The notes under the pieces were generated by a model. It ran no database searches. It saw nothing but the letters and a program-made list of their open reading frames with translations, and had not been told where the DNA came from. A DNA stretch of 64,000 nucleotides from an uncultured bacterium (lineage in GTDB: Bacteria > Verrucomicrobiota > Verrucomicrobiia > Verrucomicrobiales > DEV007), in assembly GCA_963977015.1 (NCBI GenBank), contig CAXBMO010000002.1:429853-493852 (forward strand). Reading direction: 5' to 3'. The position numbers and the translations under genes are program-made. Shown here one piece after another: positions 39,931-48,485 of the stretch; positions within the stretch are counted from its first letter, which is position 1; every line of letters begins with the position of its first letter.

Positions 39931-40362
39931 ATGCTGGTTGGAATTTCTCCACTCCTCAGTCCCGAGCTCCTCGCCACGCTTTGCCGAATGGGTCACGGCG
40001 ATCAAATCATTCTGGCGGATGCTCACTTTCCGGGCGAATCACTCGGTCCCAAGGTGATTCGCGCCGATGGATTGATGATTCCGGATTTGCTGGACGGAAT
40101 CCTGCCCCTTTTCCCGCTGGACACCTACACGGAACAAAGCGTGTTGATGATGGCTCCCGTGGATGGTGATCAAGCCGATCCCAGCGTCGAAAAGGCGTAT
40201 TGGAGCCGGGTTTCCAAGCATTGGCCCAACACCCCTCCCCTTCAAAAGGTCGAGCGGTTTGATTTTTACGAATTGGCCAGGAATGCGTTTTGCATCGTCA
40301 TGACTGGCGACACCGCCAAATACGGAAACCTGGTGCTGACCAAAGGCGTCGTGCCGGTCTAA
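39931..40362 (+). CDS. fucU: L-fucose mutarotase (RbsD/FucU family)
   Basis: ISPLLSPELL..L..MGHGD.I.LADAHFP, ERFDFY, TGDTAKYGNLVL.KGV. Confidence 0.92.
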   Translation: MLVGISPLLSPELLATLCRMGHGDQIILADAHFPGESLGPKVIRADGLMIPDLLDGILPLFPLDTYTEQSVLMMAPVDGDQADPSVEKAYWSRVSKHWPNTPPLQKVERFDFYELARNAFCIVMTGDTAKYGNLVLTKGVVPV

Positions 40363-40760
40363 CCGTTTTTCGCAGCCCAATCTTCCACTTCGGGATCGAG
40401 AAAGGCTTCATCCAGGGTTTCCTGAGCCCAGGGAGCTTTTTCGGCAACTCGTTTGAGAAGACGAACCACGCAAACCTGAACCGCGGGGATCTCCGTCCAG
40501 ATGGTGTTTCCCAACGTCCGCCATTCGTTCGCGACAAGCTTCTTCTTGGGATTGGACAACGCGTCCAGGCAGGTATCGCAAACAAAGGCACAGTGATCCA
40601 GCTCAGGGTCTTTGGGCACCGGAGGAACTTCAAACGCTCGCAACGAGACTCCGGCAGCTTCACAGACTTCACACTTGCTCTTCGCTCTGCGTGCTAACTC
40701 TTTTCCCAGCAAATTGAGAGCGTTGACGCGTTCTTGATGTTCTTGGAATCCTTTGGCCAC
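40359..40760 (-). CDS. PhnA-related zinc-ribbon protein
   Basis: LARRAKSKCEVC..CDTC, WR.L...IW.E.PAVQV; GTG start at 40760. Confidence 0.7.
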   Translation of the reverse strand: MAKGFQEHQERVNALNLLGKELARRAKSKCEVCEAAGVSLRAFEVPPVPKDPELDHCAFVCDTCLDALSNPKKKLVANEWRTLGNTIWTEIPAVQVCVVRLLKRVAEKAPWAQETLDEAFLDPEVEDWAAKNG

Positions 40761-40915
40761 GGAATTTCGGGTTACGATCGAACTAACGGAAGTATCGCAC
40801 TTTATCGAGGAGCATTTCCTCACGCAAATATATTTCGTATATCTTTATAATCAGTATTGCAAAATGAATCATTTTTGCGAAGTTAGGGAAATCCTGCCTT
40901 CGCCACCATCGATTC

Positions 40916-42637
40916 ATGAACGATCAGCTCTATCAACGCGTCACGATTTCCAAATTCGATGCGAAGAAGCTGCACTTCGACCGCCATCTGGACCGGTTCG
41001 TCAACCGGCGATTCCTCGCGGAGAGCCCATCACAGTTGGGCGCTGCGGAAGCCTGGATGCAGCAGCCGGTTCCCGGTGTTGCGAAGCTCCTTCAAATCAA
41101 GATGCTGGATGACGGCCTCGAAGGTCATTTTGAATCGTTACCGGGATTCGCTCTGGATCAGTGGATTTGGCTCCATGGTCCTCTGCCGATTCCGGATTGG
41201 CTTTGCGTCGCCAAACAGATGGTCGCCTTGGCGCGCGAAATGCGGAAACGCCCCGAAGTCAGGGTCGACTGGCTTCCTTCAGATTTCCAACTTTGGCGGG
41301 AGTCTGACGGACAACTGCGCATCGCCCTCAACGCCGTTTCGATCGTTGGAGAGCAGGTTTCTCCCCGCAAGGAGAAGCAGGTCGTCGAGAATCTCGCACT
41401 GACCTGGCATTTCCTGTTAACCAGCGAAATCGACCATCCCTTTTACGGCCTGACCGGTTCAGATTTCGAAAACCTGACCGCGCTTCAAGACTTCGCGCCG
41501 CTCGTGAAGTGCTTCGAAACGTTGTTTGCGGAGCGACCGGAAGAACGAGCGGACGAGTTGCCCAAGGTTCTTCAGCTCTTGGAAGCCATCAGCGATGCTC
41601 TTCCCCACTTTCCGAACGATGCGAACCACGCGGATCAATTGCACGATCCGCTTGCCCAGGAGCCGGAAAGTGGTCTCGCCCTGTCCCGTTGGGATATCCC
41701 TGAGAATTTCACGCTCTCAGCCAACGAAACCGGCGGCGCCCGGGGAACCATTCCCGCGGTGCATGACATTTCTCAACGCGAAGTGATGCTTCACCTGGTG
41801 CCGGAGCCCGCCGCCCGGCGGGTCGCCGATGATTGGATCGCGACGAAACGCGCCGTCGACAACCACGTCATCAGCCCGGTCCTCAGCATTCACCAAAAGG
41901 GCCTCAATGGCGGCATCGTGATCGAGCGAACGCTTTCAAAGTCCATCAGTTTGGCTGAGTTGATTGAGGCAGGTGGCGTCGATATCGGAACGCTTCGCAA
42001 TCTGCTGTTTAAACTCGACGCCTCAATTCGCGAAGCGGAGGGAGATGGCGTCAGTCGCGTTTCGCTGCACGCCCACGACGTCTTGCTGGTTCCGCGCGGT
42101 CAACCGACTCTCGCGGCCGAACACTGGCCGGCATGGGCGAGTGATCCCGAGGCCTTCAGCGTCCGACTGAGGCCGGTCGCGACTTCCGGAGGAAATTTTA
42201 CCGCTCCCGCAGGGCATGGCCTCACGTTGGCGGATCGACTGATTGCGCAACTGGAGCTTCCGGTCGACGAGCGCGGCTTTCTTGAACTCGCCATCCGACT
42301 CCTTCAGCCCCGGCTGTTTTTCGAGCCGGAAATCGCCGCGATCTTCCGTCGAGCCTCTCACCGGAGAATTAATCGCTCGGTCGCCCGAAAGGCGCTTCTC
42401 CGCGAATTGGCCGAGCATGGCCAACCGGACAATGTGATTCCCTTCCCACGTCCCTCAATGGTCACCATGCTGGCGGGGCGACTTGCCGCGTCCTTTTTGC
42501 TGATGGCATTGGTCTTTGGGTTTGGCAACCTCTTGATTCCGGACTCCGTGGAGAATCGCGCATCGGTTGAGAATCGCCAGCTTGCCTGGAGCGAGGAACT
42601 GGATCCCGGTTTGGATCCGGAGACGCCACTGCCGTAA
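40916..42637 (+). CDS. Membrane-anchored protein with two degenerate protein-kinase-like domains
   Basis: G..LDQWI..HGPLP and SLAELI.AG kinase-like segments with substituted catalytic loops; TM helix near the C-terminus. Confidence 0.55.
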   Translation: MNDQLYQRVTISKFDAKKLHFDRHLDRFVNRRFLAESPSQLGAAEAWMQQPVPGVAKLLQIKMLDDGLEGHFESLPGFALDQWIWLHGPLPIPDWLCVAKQMVALAREMRKRPEVRVDWLPSDFQLWRESDGQLRIALNAVSIVGEQVSPRKEKQVVENLALTWHFLLTSEIDHPFYGLTGSDFENLTALQDFAPLVKCFETLFAERPEERADELPKVLQLLEAISDALPHFPNDANHADQLHDPLAQEPESGLALSRWDIPENFTLSANETGGARGTIPAVHDISQREVMLHLVPEPAARRVADDWIATKRAVDNHVISPVLSIHQKGLNGGIVIERTLSKSISLAELIEAGGVDIGTLRNLLFKLDASIREAEGDGVSRVSLHAHDVLLVPRGQPTLAAEHWPAWASDPEAFSVRLRPVATSGGNFTAPAGHGLTLADRLIAQLELPVDERGFLELAIRLLQPRLFFEPEIAAIFRRASHRRINRSVARKALLRELAEHGQPDNVIPFPRPSMVTMLAGRLAASFLLMALVFGFGNLLIPDSVENRASVENRQLAWSEELDPGLDPETPLP

Positions 42638-42683
42638 TCGCGCTCTTGCGAGCGTCGCGCAACTTGCCTAGTTTGCGTAGACC

Positions 42684-44279
42684 ATGACCTCCCTCCACGG
42701 CCAAAACTTAATCGGCTACACCAAAAGTGCGGATGGAAGCGACACCTTTCAAAGTGTTGATCCATCGACCCGGGAAGCGCTGCCAACGTCGTTCCATGAA
42801 GCCACCGGTGATGAAATCGACCGGGCGATGCAGCTGGCTTCCGCCGCGTTTCTTCCTTATCGCAACCACTCCCCTGAAGATCGGGCGACGTTTCTGGAAA
42901 CGATCGCCGAAGAGATCGAGAATCTGGGCGATCCGTTGTTGGAGATCGCGAATCAGGAGACGGCTCTCGGCCTCCCCCGCTTAACCGCGGAACGTGGCCG
43001 CGCTTGTTTCACCGCCCGCCTGTTCGCGGGAATGATTCGGGAAGGGAGCTGGGTTGACGCACGAATTGAAACCGCGGAACCCACGCGAGAGCCACTCCCG
43101 AAACCCGATGTCCGGCTGATGCACCGCCCGATTGGGCCCGTCGTGGTTTTTGGCGCCAGCAACTTCCCGATGGCAATTTCGGTCGCGGGAACCGACACGA
43201 TTTCCGCGCTCGGAGCGGGATGCCCCGTTGTCGTCAAAGCTCACCCGGCGCACCCCGCGACTTGCGAGTTGCTCGCGGAAGCCATTCTCGCGGCGGCCAA
43301 AAAATGCGGACTTCCGGAAGGCGTATTCTCTCTCATTCAAGGACGGAGCAACGCCACCGGAACGGCGCTCGCCGAGCACGAGGCAGCGGAAGCCGTCGCG
43401 TTCACCGGATCGCTCGGCGGCGGCCGCGCCCTGTTCAACGTCGCCAGCCAACGCCCTCGACCGATTCCGGTCTACGCGGAGATGGGAAGCCTCAACCCGG
43501 TCTTTCTGCTTCCGGGCGCCCTTCGCGATCGAGCCGCAACCATTGCGGAAGGCTTTGTCGGCTCGCTGACGCTCGGAACCGGGCAGTTTTGCACCAACCC
43601 GGCCATGGTCCTGGGATTGGACGGCGATGACTTTTCCGGTTTTGTCGATGATTCCGCCAAACGAGCGTCCCAGGTTCCGCCGTCCACCATGCTTCATGCG
43701 GGCATCCATGCGTCATTCCTCGAGGGCATTGACAGCATCCGGAGTCTTGAAGGGATTGAAGTTGCCGGTGAATCGCCCGGAGCCGATCCCGCCAAGTCAC
43801 AAGCTGTGGCGGTGATTTTCCAGACCGAAGTCGATCGCTTCTTCCAACACGAGGAGATCCTCAAGCAGGAAGTTTTCGGCCCATCGTCGGTCGTCCTGAA
43901 ATGTCAGGCCAAAGAGGAGATGCTGCGGTTTGCGAGATCGATGGAAGGGAGTCTCAGCGCTACGATTCATGGAACGGAGGACGATCTCCGGGAGAACCGG
44001 GAGCTTCTCGATATCCTGGAGACACGAACCGGGCGCGTGATCTACAACGGCTTCCCGACCGGACTGGAAGTTTGCACGGCGATGCACCATGGCGGCCCCT
44101 ACCCGGCGGCAAGCCACAGCCACTTCACCTCCGTCGGCACCAATGCGATTTACCGCTTTGTGCGCCCGGTCTGCTACCAGGATCTTCCCCAGTTTGCCCT
44201 GCCACCCGAGTTGCAGGACGACAATCCCAGGGGAATTTGGCGGATGCTGAACACAACATGGACGGCGCCAACGGCATGA
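42684..44279 (+). CDS. NADP-dependent aldehyde dehydrogenase (2-ketoglutarate semialdehyde dehydrogenase family)
   Basis: FGASNFP, KAHPAHP, FTGS, AEMGSLNP, GQFCTNP, EVFGP, HGGPYPA, TSVG..AI.RF.RPVCYQ. Confidence 0.93.
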   Translation: MTSLHGQNLIGYTKSADGSDTFQSVDPSTREALPTSFHEATGDEIDRAMQLASAAFLPYRNHSPEDRATFLETIAEEIENLGDPLLEIANQETALGLPRLTAERGRACFTARLFAGMIREGSWVDARIETAEPTREPLPKPDVRLMHRPIGPVVVFGASNFPMAISVAGTDTISALGAGCPVVVKAHPAHPATCELLAEAILAAAKKCGLPEGVFSLIQGRSNATGTALAEHEAAEAVAFTGSLGGGRALFNVASQRPRPIPVYAEMGSLNPVFLLPGALRDRAATIAEGFVGSLTLGTGQFCTNPAMVLGLDGDDFSGFVDDSAKRASQVPPSTMLHAGIHASFLEGIDSIRSLEGIEVAGESPGADPAKSQAVAVIFQTEVDRFFQHEEILKQEVFGPSSVVLKCQAKEEMLRFARSMEGSLSATIHGTEDDLRENRELLDILETRTGRVIYNGFPTGLEVCTAMHHGGPYPAASHSHFTSVGTNAIYRFVRPVCYQDLPQFALPPELQDDNPRGIWRMLNTTWTAPTA

Positions 44280-45487
44280 CTTACGAGGAGTCGCTCGCCT
44301 GGTTGTATTCCACGCAACAAATCGGCATCAAACTCGGCCTCGACAACACGCACCGGCTTCTCGAGTTACTCGAGATTGATCCCGGAGACAGGACGATTTT
44401 TCACGTTGCCGGAACCAATGGGAAAGGTTCGACCTGTGCGTTTCTGGAGTCGGTTTGTCGCGAAGCCGGATTGAAGACCGGTCTCTTCACGTCTCCCCAT
44501 TTGGTTTCGTTTCGAGAGCGGATTCGAATCGATTTTGAGCCTGCTCCTGCGGAAACGCTTGCCCAGATCCTCACCCGAATTCGCGACGAGATCCAAACCT
44601 GGGATCCGCATCCCTCGTTTTTCGAAATCACCACGGCACTGGGAATGCGAACGTTTCTGGATGGTGGCGCGGAAGCGATCATTCTCGAAACCGGTCTGGG
44701 AGGACGATTGGATTCCACGAACGCCGTCGCATCGAGCGTCACGGGAATCACGTCCATTTCGTTGGATCACCAACAGTGGCTGGGAGATTCCATCGCAAAA
44801 ATTGCGGAAGAAAAGGCGGGAATCATCAAGGCGGGAAAACCGGTCGTCACCGTTTCATCGCAAGACGAAGACGCGGCTCAGGTCATTCGGGAACGCGCGG
44901 AAAGCTTGGGGAGCCCACTCCACATTGCTCCGGTTTATTCCGGTGAAACGGGAATCTGCGGTGAACACCAAACCGCGAATGCGGGATTGGCAGCCAGGAT
45001 GATCGAAGTTTCCCCGCTCAATATCTCCGCTTCGGAAGTTGAACGCGGAATGGCGAAGGCGATGTGGCCCGGCCGGTTCCACCGCCTGGAGTTCCAAGGT
45101 TCCCCCGTGATCATTGACGGGGCCCACAATGCGGAGGCGGCTGAAGCGCTCGTCCGAACCTGGAAGGCTGAATTTGGTGATCAAAAAGCCGCGATCGTGT
45201 TTGGTGCGGTCGCCGACAAGGAACCGCAGAAGCTCCTGAAAGTGCTCAGTCCCATCACCGGAGCGCTGTTCCCGACCACGATTGCGACGCAGCGCGGAAT
45301 GACCGCCGATGATCTCGCCAAACAGATTGGCGAATCCGCGCAACCGGCTCCGAGCGCCTCACTTGCCCTTCGTCTGGCGCAAGCCACTCAGCTTCCCATT
45401 CTTGTCACCGGATCGTTTTTCCTCGCCGGACAGGTGCTCGAGGTTCTGGGATGGGGAAACGCCGATTTTGAACCCAGCGAGCAATAA
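44276..45487 (+). CDS. folC: Folylpolyglutamate synthase / dihydrofolate synthase
   Basis: IKLGL, HVAGTNGKGS, FTSPHL, ETGLGGRLDSTN, EKAGIIK, DGAHN; ATGA overlap with the upstream gene. Confidence 0.95.
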   Translation: MTYEESLAWLYSTQQIGIKLGLDNTHRLLELLEIDPGDRTIFHVAGTNGKGSTCAFLESVCREAGLKTGLFTSPHLVSFRERIRIDFEPAPAETLAQILTRIRDEIQTWDPHPSFFEITTALGMRTFLDGGAEAIILETGLGGRLDSTNAVASSVTGITSISLDHQQWLGDSIAKIAEEKAGIIKAGKPVVTVSSQDEDAAQVIRERAESLGSPLHIAPVYSGETGICGEHQTANAGLAARMIEVSPLNISASEVERGMAKAMWPGRFHRLEFQGSPVIIDGAHNAEAAEALVRTWKAEFGDQKAAIVFGAVADKEPQKLLKVLSPITGALFPTTIATQRGMTADDLAKQIGESAQPAPSASLALRLAQATQLPILVTGSFFLAGQVLEVLGWGNADFEPSEQ

Positions 45488-45499
45488 ACGGAGTCCGGG

Positions 45500-46099
45500 T
45501 CAGCTCGGCTCGTCGCTGGTTTTGTTCTCATAGATGAACCAGAGGTTCCGGATATAGACAAACCAACCGGTCGATTGTCCCAAAATTCCGACCGGATCTT
45601 TGCGCCAGGTAAAGTAGACGATCAGCATCGTCGCCCCAAGAAGGCTAAGCCACCAGAAGGCAATCGGGACCACGGAGGTTCGCGCTTTTTCCGTCGCCCA
45701 CCATTGAACGAGCAGCCGCCCCATGAAAACGCCTTGGGCGATGAACCCAAACACAACCCAGGCAATGCTGGCCCAGCCCGTGATGTCCAGCGCGCTGAAG
45801 AGTCGTGACCAGCCATGATGATTATTCTTCCGGTCCTTCACTTCGCGGAGGAATTCTTCCGCCGTGTAGGTTTTCAGGGATTCTCCCGGTGCCTGGAACC
45901 GCACTTCCACACCACCTCCTTCACCTTCGATGATCGGCACTTCGATCAGGCGGTCGGACAGGTTGAAATGATCGGGAAACAATGACTGTCCGGGTTGAGG
46001 CAAGACGCCAGCCCGAGCCAAAATGATCCAGGTAATCGAGGGGATTCCCACCACGATCACAAGGGCGAGCAGGAATCGATATCGTTTGCGTTTGAGCAT
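45500..46099 (-). CDS. Lipid-A-disaccharide synthase N-terminal (LAB_N)-like membrane protein
   Basis: FGFIAQ..F.GR.LVQWWATEK...SVVP.AFWWLSLLG, DPVGILGQ..G..VY.RNL. Confidence 0.85.
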   Translation of the reverse strand: MLKRKRYRFLLALVIVVGIPSITWIILARAGVLPQPGQSLFPDHFNLSDRLIEVPIIEGEGGGVEVRFQAPGESLKTYTAEEFLREVKDRKNNHHGWSRLFSALDITGWASIAWVVFGFIAQGVFMGRLLVQWWATEKARTSVVPIAFWWLSLLGATMLIVYFTWRKDPVGILGQSTGWFVYIRNLWFIYENKTSDEPS

Positions 46100-46215
46100 C
46101 GCGCTGTCCTTTTTCACAGCTTGGGACGATTGCAAGGGTGGGAACCTTGAATCCAGTTATCGATTCCAAACGTTTGATTGACAGTTTCAACGACACACTC
46201 AAAATACAGGAAACC

Positions 46216-47253
46216 ATGAAACTTTTGAGAATAACTACAATTTCGACAGGAATCGCGCTTACCCTGTCATCGTGCAATTCCACATTTCGGCCCTTTACCC
46301 TCGAGGAATCTCCGAAACCTGCCGCAACAGCTTCCGATAGTGGATTGCGAAGTTTGATCTCATCACGGCCCACTCCTCCCTCTTCCCCAGCTGCCTCAAA
46401 ACCAGCGGCACGCCCCTCCGCTTCCAAACCGGATAGCCAGAAGCCAGCCCGTTCGAGCAATCGTCCCCGCCTTTTTGGCCCGAGAACCGAATCGAACGAG
46501 TTCATTGGTTTCCCGATTCAGCGGGTCTCCGCCATGAACGCCTCTCGTCAAATTTTGATCGCGGCTTACGATCAGTCATCTGACATCAATCTGACCCTGT
46601 TTGACGACAATGGCCGGGTTCTTGGTCAGCTTCCGCTTCAACCCGGTCAGGAACCCATTGGAGTTGCGCCCGGAAGTTCGAAGTCCTCGTTTTTTGTATT
46701 GATGGCCAACGGAGAAATCGTCCAGGTCGATTCGCGATTGGGCAGATTGAAGCTTTCAGAAAGCTCGGGACGTCTCCCGGGAGCCATCGACCTTGCCGCC
46801 GGTCCGGAAGGCAAGCTCTATGCGATCACCAAGACCGGCCAGGTTTACAAATACAGCGACGGCGTTTGGGCAGCCCAGAGAATCAGCGGAGTCCAGGTTC
46901 GCGACATCGTCGCCATTTCCGCGGATCCTGAAACGGGCGATCTCGCGATTCTCGGCAAGGTCGCAGGCTCCTCCCGCATGAGCGTCATTCTTACCGATGA
47001 CAACCTGAGCGGAGCCCGAACGTTCAAACTCCCGGCCGGCACGACCGCCGCGACCGACATCGTGACCTCAGGAGGATCCACTATTGTTGCCTATGAGCAA
47101 GGCGGTGCCAAACTCGGGGTCTTTGATGGCAGCGGCGCGCTGCAAAGTTCGCAGTCCGGCGACGCGATGAGTTCACTTTCTCTTGATCCCAAGGATTCAT
47201 CGGTTTGGGTAGTAGGCCCGTCTGGTCAAATGACCCGCCAGGCCTTTGAATGA
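46216..47253 (+). CDS. Putative lipoprotein with beta-propeller-like domain
   Basis: Lipobox LSSC, Pro/Ser/Ala-rich linker, repeated DLAAGPEG.LY-like blades. Confidence 0.6.
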   Translation: MKLLRITTISTGIALTLSSCNSTFRPFTLEESPKPAATASDSGLRSLISSRPTPPSSPAASKPAARPSASKPDSQKPARSSNRPRLFGPRTESNEFIGFPIQRVSAMNASRQILIAAYDQSSDINLTLFDDNGRVLGQLPLQPGQEPIGVAPGSSKSSFFVLMANGEIVQVDSRLGRLKLSESSGRLPGAIDLAAGPEGKLYAITKTGQVYKYSDGVWAAQRISGVQVRDIVAISADPETGDLAILGKVAGSSRMSVILTDDNLSGARTFKLPAGTTAATDIVTSGGSTIVAYEQGGAKLGVFDGSGALQSSQSGDAMSSLSLDPKDSSVWVVGPSGQMTRQAFE

Positions 47254-48410
47254 TCTACCTCGATAACAACGCAACAACTCAGGTCCACCCCGAAGTGGTG
47301 GACGCCATGTTGCCGTTGTTGAGCGAAAACTACGGAAACCCTTCGGCGGGCTACCGTTTCGGGAAAACCGCCCGCAAGGCCATCGAGCACGCTCGCGAGC
47401 AGGTGGCGGCCCTGATCGGCGCCGATCCGAGCGAGATTGTTTTCACCAGTTGCGGCACGGAGTCGATCAACACCGCGCTTCAATCCGCCGTCCGCACGTT
47501 TCCCGACCGGCGTCACCTGGTTGCCACGACGACTGAGCACAGCGCCACAACGCAACCCTGCCTGAATCTGGAATCGTCCGGATTGGAGATAACTCGCGTG
47601 GCGGTGGATGCCTCGGGATTGCCCGATGTCGCAGCCTTCCGCGAAGCGGTTGCGAAACAGCCGACCGCGATCGCCAGCGTGATTTGGGCGAACAACGAGA
47701 CCGGGGTTATCAGTCCCATTGAAGAGATGGCGGAAGCCGCTCACGACCAAGGCACCCTCTTTCATACGGACGCGGTGCAGGCGGTGGGGAAAATTCCTGT
47801 GTCGGTGAAAGACTCGCCCATTCATCTCCTTTCGCTCTCCGGTCACAAGCTCCATGCGCCGAAAGGCGTTGGGGCGCTGTATGTCAGTCGAAACGTCCGC
47901 TTCACCCCTCTTCTCTTCGGCGGTGGCCAAGAAAACAACCGGCGATCAGGAACCGAGAATGTCGCCTCGATCGTCGGACTGGGAAAAGCGGCGGAGTTGG
48001 CACGAGAGGGAGCTGAGAAGACCCGCGAAATGCGTGACACCTTCGAAACCCGGATTCTCGGCAAGTTCGACTTCGTCAGCGTCAATGGTCACCGCGATCA
48101 ACGTCTCCCCAATACCTCGAACCTCCACTTTCGCGGAATCGACGCCGAAGCGATCCTGATTCTGCTCGATCAGGAAGGAGTTTGCTGTTCGCCGGGTTCC
48201 GCCTGTAGCACGGGGGCAAAACATCCGTCGGCAGTTCTCACGGCGATGGGGTTTGACGAAGCCCATGCCAAGAGCAGTGTCCGGTTTTCGTTCTCGTCCC
48301 TGAACACCTTGAAAGAGGTTGAAGACGCCGTTGGGAAGCTGGAACGAGTCATCTCGCGGATCCAATCGGTGATGCCAAGTGACGACGGCCCCGTTTCCAT
48401 CCAATCCTGA
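47250..48410 (+). CDS. Cysteine desulfurase (NifS/IscS family)
   Basis: IYLDNNATT, YGNPS, ANNETG, HTDAVQ, SGHKLHAPKGVG, RSGTEN, GSAC. Confidence 0.95.
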   Translation: MIYLDNNATTQVHPEVVDAMLPLLSENYGNPSAGYRFGKTARKAIEHAREQVAALIGADPSEIVFTSCGTESINTALQSAVRTFPDRRHLVATTTEHSATTQPCLNLESSGLEITRVAVDASGLPDVAAFREAVAKQPTAIASVIWANNETGVISPIEEMAEAAHDQGTLFHTDAVQAVGKIPVSVKDSPIHLLSLSGHKLHAPKGVGALYVSRNVRFTPLLFGGGQENNRRSGTENVASIVGLGKAAELAREGAEKTREMRDTFETRILGKFDFVSVNGHRDQRLPNTSNLHFRGIDAEAILILLDQEGVCCSPGSACSTGAKHPSAVLTAMGFDEAHAKSSVRFSFSSLNTLKEVEDAVGKLERVISRIQSVMPSDDGPVSIQS

Positions 48411-48485
48411 AGAATCCCTTTCGCGGAAAGTCGCTCATCCGTTTTGCCTCCTGAAAGATTCTTTCCGCTCCAGCTGTGTTGTCCG

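Noticed and set aside
43901-44275. N-terminal extension of the folC ORF
   Set aside because: Overlaps the ALDH in another frame; FolC homology starts at ATG 44276
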